DNA of 63,242 nucleotides, the filler included, from Intoshia linei (lineage: Eukaryota > Animalia > Orthonectida): the NCBI GenBank assembly GCA_001642005.1. It is 4 parts of 4 records of this genome, joined end to end, with 100 filler letters (N's around TTAATTAATTAA, not from the genome) between each part and the next. Parts side by side here need not be neighbours in the genome. Positions count along the whole stretch, not along the records: positions 50,008 to 62,044 come from LWCA01001107.1; positions 62,145 to 63,242 come from LWCA01002791.1; 2 more parts are not named here. The stretch is one strand, 5' to 3'. Below, piece by piece: positions 54,578-63,242 of this stretch. Within the stretch, counting starts at the first letter, position 1; each line of letters begins with the position of its first letter. A program made the position numbers and the translations under genes. The notes under the pieces were generated by a model that did no database searches, was not told the origin of the DNA, and saw only the letters and a program-made list of their open reading frames with translations.

Positions 54578-55166
54578 CAGTGTTTCTCAACCTTTTTTAC
54601 TGCGCGGAACCCTTATAAAATTTTAAAAAATCACGACACCTAAAAGCATGATCAAAAATTTTTTTTCGCATGTCGCATATATAAAATAATTTGATTTTTA
54701 ATTAAAAAAATTAATGACACACGAAATTTAGCCGGTAAAACCAGTTGCCTCCCTCACACTACGAAAAAGCATCCAGGCCCGTGAGAGATAACTTTTTAGT
54801 TAAATATCATTATAAAGAGGTAAGTAACTTATTTAAATTATTTCAAGAGAGTTGGGCCAGTCAAAACCCACCTTATTACAATATTTCTCATAAAGATAAT
54901 CTGAATTATTACATTTACTTTTTTATTATTATCTGTATTTTATTTTCATTTTACATTATCTGTATTACTTTTTAACATCATGTTTTAGGATCCCATACTC
55001 ACAACGTATAATAATTTTATTAAAACTTATTTGATTTAAATTTGAGAAATGATGTTGTTTCATTGCATACAACAGTAATTTAGAAAACTTTAAATTGTAA
55101 AAATATCGCATTTATATTTCACGGAACCCCAATTAAATTTCGCGGAACACGGGTTGAGAACCATTG
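54578..55166. mobile_element. hAT MITE
   Basis: CAGTGTTTCTCAACC...GGTTGAGAACCATTG; perfect TSD GTTTAATA. Confidence 0.85.
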
Positions 55167-55380
55167 GTTTAATAGTTAATTTGTCAAAAATTTGATTTTT
55201 AGGGTTCATTATTAACGAGTCTGACTGTATATGTATTATTTTTTGTTAGACTAGTATAGGTTTATTGAAATTTTAAATTTACAATAAAATTAGATTCATT
55301 TTCAATTTTTTTAATGACTAACATTGACATTTAATTACTAAAATACATTTGTAGTTATTTACACGTCTATTATTTTAAAA

Positions 55381-56005
55381 ATTTTTACTTATATAATATG
55401 ATACGCAATATTTGTGTGTGTTACCGTTTATTTCAATACCTACTAGTCTTAGAATTTTATAAAGTCCAATTTCAATTACAGATTTTTCCGGGGGTGATAA
55501 TAAGATAAATTTCAACCTCCCATCTTACGAGTCAAACACCCAAATTGTTTTTTTTTTGAAAATCAAATGAGTACAAGAATTTAAAAAAATACATACTCTG
55601 ATACGGATTTTAAAATTATAAATTTAAATTTAAAAAAAATTTTCTTCAGCGCCAAAACGAAATTACCCCTTTTTTTTATAAAAACAGCCCTGGAATTAAA
55701 AAATAAATATTGAATAAAGTTATATCCAGTTAACACACTAAAAGATTCAATATGAGAAAGTGGCACATTCAGGGTCAAAAAGCACTTTAGTATTCATTTT
55801 TTTTATTTCGAAATCATTTTATTAAAACAAAAAATTTGAAATAATTAATGGTCCTACAATTAAAAAAAAAGATTAGTAAGATACAGCTTATTCCAGTTGA
55901 TAAAGCTACATAATTTCAACTTCACAAATCTACGCATTCGCGGTGAAAAATAACTTTTAATATACATGTATTATCAACCAAATTTTTCAAATGTTTGAAT
56001 TAAAA
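55381..56005 (+). mobile_element. Helitron-like non-autonomous repeat (5' part)
   Basis: TTACTTATATAATATG...TTTGTGTGTGTTAC start; similar to reverse copies at 57910-58560, 19380-19935 and 22330-22621. Confidence 0.55.
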
Positions 56006-56156
56006 TTAAAAATTAAATTTGTGACACAACACCTATATTACATATTTATTATTTACCACGACCACAAAAATAAACAATTTTTAATTAGTATAAATTAAAC
56101 TTTGTTTATTATTTCATTAATTTACTCAAAATTTGTTTTAAAAAAAATAATTCATT

Positions 56157-57766
56157 ATGGCAGACGTTGATTTAACATTGCTTAAAAAGAAGAAGAAAAA
56201 GACAAAACCACAGAGCATAAAAATTACGGGTAATTTTACCTATCGTTAAAAAATACTTGTATCAATAATATTTATTTTGTATATTTTTTGATAGAACAAC
56301 GTGTCTTATTGAGAGTTTAATATTTGAGGAAATGCTCGATAAAACAGTTTCATTCTGAAAATTTAAAATTTTGAATTTTTTTAACTTGAGGTTTAAATAA
56401 AACCTATAAATTTGTTATTTTTAAGTGATAGATTTAGTCGATATTATTATAATTTTCCCCATATTTCTTACTACATAATAACACAAATTCAATTTGACAA
56501 TATTAATTTTTTTGTGATATTTTTATACAACGCTGGTTCCTAAATATATGTATACCCGGAATCTAATTTTTTACAAAATTATAATTACTAGTTTATTTCA
56601 ATTAATCCGTGTTTAAAAGGGTCCGTGCTGATTAATTGCGAATTCTATATTAAAATGTTTTTTTAATTATAATTGTACTATTATTTAAAAAATTTAAAAT
56701 ATATTTAGAAAAATTAAATGCGTTGCAACTGGTAATGATGAATTTACAATATTAATCAATTAAATCTTAGGATGATGATTTTGATTTATCTAAACACAAA
56801 AAAAAGAAGAGAACTAAGCCAGTTGCCAATTTTTCATCTGGTATTTTATATTATTTTTATTTATAAAAAAAAATTTTAAGAAAGAGCTGCTGAAGCGAAA
56901 AAGCAATATTTAAAGGTAAATTAAATGTATTCATAAAAAAATCGGGGATTCTGCCTCAGTCTTGTTAATGTTTGTGTAATGTATATATTATACATTTTAA
57001 AATTTTAATTTTTCCTACAAAAATTAAAAGATTGTAGTACCAAGGTTTCAATAATTGTAGATAATGATGAAAATATATGTGTGTAAAATACATCGCTACC
57101 AGTACTCACGTTTTTGTTGTCATCTTTAACTCTCAAATGAAAACAATCTTCTTATTATTATTCCATTTTAGCTGCTTCAACGTTGTTATGATATTATGGC
57201 TGCAAAAAATCCGGACATATTGAAGGAGCGTGGTAAGAAATTTATTATGGTTCCGCCACAAGTCGCAAAGTCTGGTGTTAAAAAATCATGCCTCATCAAT
57301 TTTACCGAAATTTGCAGATTGTAATTTATACATATTTTTAAGTGTAAATTTAAATATTAACATTAGAATGAAACGTCAACCGAAGCACGTTCTAGCATTT
57401 TTGAATGCTGAATTGGGAACAACGTAAAATATTACATTAACTATAAATTATATGTACATTTTCAGTGGATCTATTGACGGCAGCAATCAACTGATTATTA
57501 AAGGCCGATTTCAAAACCATCACATTGAAAATGTTCTTCGAAAATATATTAGTTTTTTGCAATTTGTATGAAATTTATATTTTTTAGAGGAATATGTTAC
57601 ATGCCATACTTGCCATTCTGGTGATACATTTTTGGAACTACAGAAAAACATTCGATTGTACTTTTTAAAGTGCAATTCTTGTCAATCTAGTTGTTCTGTT
57701 CAAACTATCAAATCAGGATACCAAGTCGTTAGCCGTGAGAAACGACGAGCCGATAGAAATGCCTGA
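56157..57766 (+). CDS. EIF2S2: Eukaryotic translation initiation factor 2 subunit beta, 8 exons (56157-56229, 56709-56731, 56771-56840, 56881-56915, 57172-57320, 57367-57423, 57466-57551, 57588-57766), ~223 aa
   Basis: Poly-Lys boxes, [82 protein letters not shown] (C2-C2 zinc ribbon); phases consistent (672 nt). Confidence 0.95.
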
Positions 57767-57909
57767 AATTGTATATTTATTATTCAATAAAATTTATTTT
57801 ATATTTTAAGAAATTAAAATCTTAAAATGATTATTTTTTACTTTAATTTTTCTAAAACATTGTTATGTGTATATTTCGGTAAGAGTTATTTTTATGATAT
57901 TAAAGTTAC

Positions 57910-58560
57910 GTAATGTTTTTTTGAAATTGTAGGATCAATATTTTTATTTTAATCGAAATGTTTGTAAAATGATGATTGAAAGTATATTAAAAATTATTTT
58001 TCACCGGGAATACTGAGATTTCTTGGGTTGACATTTTGTATTTATATCAAGTGGAATAATCTCTATCAGAATAGTCTTAGTTTTTTTTAATTTTAGGACC
58101 GTTACTAATTTCATATTTTTTGTTTTACATATATATTTCTCAATTTTTTATTTGTTAATAAAATATTTCGGAAAAAAATATATAAATATTAAAATGCTTG
58201 GTTGACCGTGAAATCGTCACTTATTCAGATTGAAATTTTTTGTGTGTGTTAACAGGATACAACCGTAACAATTATAAATTTTTTAAATTTTAGGGCTGTT
58301 TTCATAATAAAAAAAGATAATTTGTGGTTTTGGCCCTTAAGATATATTTTTTTAAATTCTTTAACTCGTTTGATTTTCAAAACAAAGGACAAGTTGGGTG
58401 TTTGACTCGTAAGATGGGAGGTTGAAATTTATCTTATTATCACACCCAGAAAAATCTGTAATTGAAATTGGACTTTATAAAATTCTAAGACTGGTAGGTA
58501 TTGAAATAAAGTGAAACACACACAAACAAATATTGAGTAGCATATTATATAAGTAAGGAT
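57910..58560 (-). mobile_element. Helitron-like non-autonomous repeat
   Basis: Reverse strand begins A|TCCTTACTTATATAATATG followed by a GT-rich microsatellite; multiple copies in the window. Confidence 0.55.
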
Positions 58561-58853
58561 GGATGTATGTTTTATTAAAATTTTGGGCTGATTTATGTTT
58601 CAAACAAAAGGAAAAATTGGGTTTTTGACCATGAAGGACTCAAATTCTGAATCTGAAAAATTGTATTAGAAATTGGGTTTTTTTAAATTTTGCTTTATTA
58701 TTTTAAGTCACTTTTTTCAATAAATGGTTACACTGTGTGACTTACACACACAAATATTAATTTTTATATAAGTATAGGATATAAATAAATAAATATATTC
58801 ATAAAATTTTCAAATTCTCACGACCCCTCTAATAAATTTCGCAACCCCTTAGC

Positions 58854-60360
58854 CAGTGGTTCTTAACCGGGGGTGCATAATCAATTTTTGGGGTGCACAG
58901 AGCTATTTTCAATTTTTTTTAATTACATTAATAAAATAATTAGATAAAAATTAATTAATTAATTTTTTTTTAAATGACTGAAATTACATAATTGATATTT
59001 TTATTAACAACAAAAAGATTAGATATAAGACATAATTTCATCCTGTTAATACTTATTAAGTTAAGTTAATCATTAACGCTCATTGAATTTATTCACAATC
59101 ATTAATAAATAATCAAATTAATTTTGTATGTTCAAATTTTTTAAGGTATACAAATTATGTATTTTAATACATAAATTATCATAAACTTGTTAATTTTTTT
59201 TAAGGATGTCTAAAAGAAGATAATAAAATAAAAATTACGTAGAATTTGGTTTGTCTGTGTTACCTGTCGTAATGATGCAGATGAAAGCGAAAAACCTCAG
59301 TGCATTTACTTTACGGCGTTTTATGAAATAATAGCATAAAGCCAAACCTCCTACGTAATCATGAGAATATAAAACACTCAAACCTCATTGACAGTGTTGA
59401 AGTTGTCTTTCGAAAAAGAAAATGTTTCGATATAGGTGGAACAGTTGACAATTTATCATTTTTTCTCAATGTAACAAAATTGTAGAGGCATAATATCATG
59501 TTGCTTACACGTTTTCTAAACAAAAAAGCATCATACCATCGGAAACGTTGATCAAACCCTGTCTTTTAATATTGCAGAACTTCTACTTGTCGAAAAACGA
59601 AAAGGGGCACTTAAATCAATTTCTTTGTAAAAGGATTAAAAATTTAGCAGAAGTTATCGAACTTGAAGTTATGAATGAACTTGGCAAAAGCCTAGTAAAT
59701 TTAGTTTACAATTGGACGAATCTACTGATGTGTTTGCAAGATATGTTGTGAATGATAACATTAAGGAGGAATATCTGTTTTGTAAGTCATTAAATAAAAC
59801 TACAAGAGAATTGATGTATTCGAAATAAATTATATATTAATACATTAAAATATATATAAGATTTTTTATGGGCCCTATAATGTACTTTGGCTTCGAAATA
59901 ATCAAAATTTTTACATAGTCCCTTGATTTTTCTAGTGGCCCTTTTGGAAATATATTATATATGACTATGATAGCTTAAAATGCGATATTTGGTAGTTTTT
60001 GGTGTAATATGCTTAATATCTATCCATTTGTGACTGAAATTGCCCTTTAAGTAATTATTACTTTTGTTACAACATAGTTTTGTGAGGCTGGATTTTCTAT
60101 TCTAAAAAATTGAAGACAAAGGAAATAAATTAGATGTCCGTGTCGGTATGCGAGTGAGCCTATCAAAAACAAGCTAAGATTTAGTTTACTGCTTATTTTA
60201 AAACAACAATAAGATCCCATCAAAATTTATGTAAATAAATTTGTTCAATTGTTATATAAAAGTTTTCCGCTACTATTTAATTCGTCTATTTTCTGAGTCT
60301 TTAACATTATATTTGAATAGTCTATTTTTGATTAATTAATTTGGTGGTATCACAATGGCT
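58854..60360 (+). mobile_element. Decayed Buster/Charlie-type hAT transposon
   Basis: Left end CAGTGGTTCTTAACCGGGG. Broken translation MSKR...YVEFG, KPQC, KPNLLRNH, HTIGETLIKPC, LQLDESTDV and C-terminal FCEAGFS...MRVSLS. Right boundary approximate. Confidence 0.75.
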
Positions 60361-60532
60361 ATACATACTTATATACTTAATACATATTTATACTTGTCAA
60401 TTATTAGAATTTGTTCATGTTCTTAGTTGTCGTTTTCTGTTGGACATAAATTTTTTATTTTGTCGATGAGAGATTATACCATTCAAATAATTTCAAGGTT
60501 TTCGATGTTTGTATTTATCAATATAGATTATT

Positions 60533-61021
60533 TTGAAAAATGTTACAAGTGCAGAAAATTCAAAGATATGTGCTATAATAATCGTTATTTACGAAAGTTT
60601 TTCAATTATATATTATTATTTCATACCCTTATGGAATTTTATTATTAAGATGTTTTACTTTAGGTTTGAATCGTTATATGTTAATAATCGTAAATATAAT
60701 TATTTTGGATATATGTTTCTAGATGCAATAATAATTTGTAAATGTGCAATTTCAATATACAGAAAATATTTATTTGATTTGGTAGATTCTGTTCGTATTT
60801 TGTCTATATTACGTATGCGTAGACAATCAAATGAAGCAATTGTACAAAGACATAAAGGAAGTGTTTATTTAAATTTTTTTCTAAATGAATTTATTACAAT
60901 TGCCCTTATTAGTATTTTTTTACCCACTTATCTTCAACATCAATATCCTCAAATAGACATTTTTATAAAAGGAAAAAAATATCAAATACTACAAAATATA
61001 GAAATGATTGAAGTAATATAA
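60533..61021 (+). CDS. Hypothetical hydrophobic protein or exon (162-codon ORF)
   Basis: ORF is long for this AT content and has hydrophobic segments; no family motif recognised. Confidence 0.25.
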   Translation: MKNVTSAENSKICAIIIVIYESFSIIYYYFIPLWNFIIKMFYFRFESLYVNNRKYNYFGYMFLDAIIICKCAISIYRKYLFDLVDSVRILSILRMRRQSNEAIVQRHKGSVYLNFFLNEFITIALISIFLPTYLQHQYPQIDIFIKGKKYQILQNIEMIEVI

Positions 61022-61479
61022 TACTCTTGTATAATTACAACTTTTAATAAATATTTTCTAATGTATTACTCATTATAAATACTTTTTAGTAATGTTTCTT
61101 AAAAATTAAACTAAGTCAGGAAAATTTTCCAAAAATTCGCAAAATATTTTGTACTATTTTGGTATACATTTTGATGATTCAATATTGCAGATAAAAATTG
61201 AATGTTTATTTAGTATAATTATCAAACTACCATTTATTTATATTACTTTGAATGTCTGTGTATTCTCGTTAATTAAAAAACTAAATTTCGCAGAACTTTT
61301 AAAAGGCAAATTCTAAAATAGTTTTCTTTCAACTTATATAGACAAAAAAATCAACCTCAGAATTTTCCCCTTCCCGGTAAAAAATGATTTTAGTATTTTA
61401 TCAACAAAAATATTTTCACATTCATAGATTCCAATAAAATTTTTTATTTCAATAAGCTTTATGATCCATAAGCTGCATA

Positions 61480-62040
61480 AATTACCATAATTTACGATTA
61501 TAATTTAAATATAAAATATTCTCAAATGTTTCAGGGGTCATTCCTTGTCTCCGGTCTGTGAGAACTAGCTTGGCTTTACTGAAAAACCGTTCAGCAATAT
61601 TGAATGTTGGTGAAATGTAATCAATATTAATGTATTTCAGTACATTTTTACATTTCTTGGATTTATTTAGGGCTCGCGTTACTTGTTGGATCGATTGGAT
61701 TTAGGAAATTAAATTATACTTAGATTTAATTTAAATTAGATTACATTAATTAAACTTAGACTTTCGTCCAGTGTCAATAATTCCATTTTTTGTATTTTTA
61801 CTAAAGCATTTTCAAAAATAGGACATTCCACAATTTTTGAATCATTCGCTAAATAACGTTTCATTTCAGGGTAAATTATAATTAAATAATCAAAAATATC
61901 TCTAACCATACACATTGAGAGTTTGCTATCTTGTAATTTTAGAGTAACAGTATTAAATTCAGTTAATGATTTGAAAAATTCCAAAATTTTATCATTTTCA
62001 TCAGGATTCAATAGAAAATTTATCAAACCAGAACTGTATA
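61480..62040 (-). pseudogene. hAT-superfamily transposase C-terminal fragment
   Basis: FNTVTLKLQ...FENALVKIQ, then ISPTFNIAERFFSKAKLVLTDRRQGMTPETFENILYL (hAT dimerisation-like region); truncated by the gap. Confidence 0.7.
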
Positions 62041-62044
62041 CTTT

Positions 62045-62144
62045 NNNNNNNNNNNNNNNNNNNNNNNNNNNNNNNNNNNNNNNNNNNNTTAATTAATTAA
62101 NNNNNNNNNNNNNNNNNNNNNNNNNNNNNNNNNNNNNNNNNNNN
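62045..62144. other. Assembly gap/linker
   Basis: 44 N + TTAATTAATTAA + 44 N. Confidence 0.95.
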
Positions 62145-62625
62145 TTTATGCAGTTTAATTGCTTTGGCTCGCTGAGTTCTCGATCTACTCATGGCATAGT
62201 CTAATTTTTATACGTGTATCTTGTCTTAATTTATTAACAATATTCATTTAGTTTGATAAGTCTGATAATCACTATCATATTTACCTAGATTAATTGTTAT
62301 TATTCGAATAATAGATTTTATTACTTATTATAATTATAATTATGCAGAGTATAGTAAAATGCATATATTAGTCACATATGATAATTAATACAGTTTTTGT
62401 TAATTTCAGACAGGTTTTCCCAACGTGGGACATGTTCACTGTCGAACCTACCGCGAACCATTAAAGCTAAATTACTAGGCAATTATAAAAAATATTATAA
62501 ACAACGGAATAAATTACTTTTAATTAGTAAAAAATTTTTCACGGGTCACAAAATGGTCCGTGGACCGGTATTTGGAAAACCCTGGGTTAGTGTAATATTA
62601 TTAAACTCCATTATTTTGTTTTTAG

Positions 62626-63185
62626 ATATTCCAAGCATGAAACAATTGTCAGAGATATAGCCTTAAATATGGGATTTAAACAAGTTTCAATATCTTCAGA
62701 GGTGTTACCAATGATAAAATTAATACCACGTGGTTTAACCAGTATATTTTTTAATTTTTTTTAATTATACTTTCATTCTAAAATATATTTTTAGCATGTA
62801 TAGATGCATATCTAACGCCGTGCATTAAAAAATACTACTCACAATTTTTAAAAAACTTTCGCAATTTGGATGTAATGCGTTTCAATAATTAATAATAATA
62901 AAAAATATACACTATTTTTCAAGGGAAAAAAATTTTATTATGAAGGGTGGGACGTGTGAAATGTGTTAAATTTATTTTTTCTAGTAATATATTTCACCTC
63001 TATTCTGGTTTGGAAACTTGCCAGTTACAGGTCTAAATATATTTTCAAATTTTTAGTCACTCTAAAAAAAGTGGCACCCACTGATATAACCTATTGATGA
63101 TGTTATTTATAAAAAAATTTCTGATCGTTTAGGAAAAGAAAGTATTATTCATGATGTCAAACGGAGGCCTTACTTTAGTTAATAA
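62626..63185 (+). CDS. OPLAH: 5-oxoprolinase (hydantoinase/oxoprolinase family), internal exons 62626-62741, 62795-62871, 63133-63185; partial at both ends
   Basis: HETIVRDIALNMGFKQVSISSEVLPMIKLIPRGLTTCIDAYLTPCIKKY...VLFMMSNGGL matches OPLAH HE..V...A.ELGF..VSLSSE.MPM.RIVPRG.TA.ADAYLTP.I..Y...VLFM.SDGGL. Confidence 0.9.
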
Positions 63186-63242
63186 GTAATTTTTTCTAGT
63201 TTTATTAGAATTTTAAAATATTCATGTGTAACGATTAGTTTC

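Overview
Very AT-rich eukaryotic (animal-type) nuclear DNA with divergent housekeeping proteins, many 35-50 nt GT-AG micro-introns and abundant DNA-transposon debris. This style fits a compact parasite genome such as an orthonectid (Intoshia-like), but that is an inference only. Genes reconstructed by hand: INTS2 (+, single ORF), adenylosuccinate synthetase (+, 14 exons), NAA40/NatD (-, 5 exons), INTS3 (-, single ORF), the 5' part of UBA3 (+) with an uncharacterised 366-aa gene nested antisense in one intron, the 3' part of an SLC7 cationic amino-acid transporter (+), mitochondrial DNA polymerase gamma (-, 2 exons), an LRRC63-like LRR gene (-, 9 exons), an unresolved multi-exon gene (-, ~50.9-53.2 kb), a shortened eIF2-beta (+, 8 exons) and internal exons of 5-oxoprolinase (+). 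Larger introns and intergenic DNA hold hAT/Buster MITEs with 8-bp TSDs, Tc1/pogo elements with TA TSDs, Mutator-like foldback elements built from ~30-bp repeats, a Helitron-like family and decayed Tigger, Ginger-like, Tc1 and hAT transposases. Three 100-nt N spacers with TTAATTAATTAA are assembly artefacts. No CRISPR array, tRNA or rRNA was recognised, and no clearly new multi-gene system was found. The most notable observations are extreme 3'-end compaction (stop codons inside AATAAA; ADSS and NAA40 stops 4 bp apart), the nested orphan gene, two nearby intronless Integrator genes, and an HDQ variant of POLG motif C.
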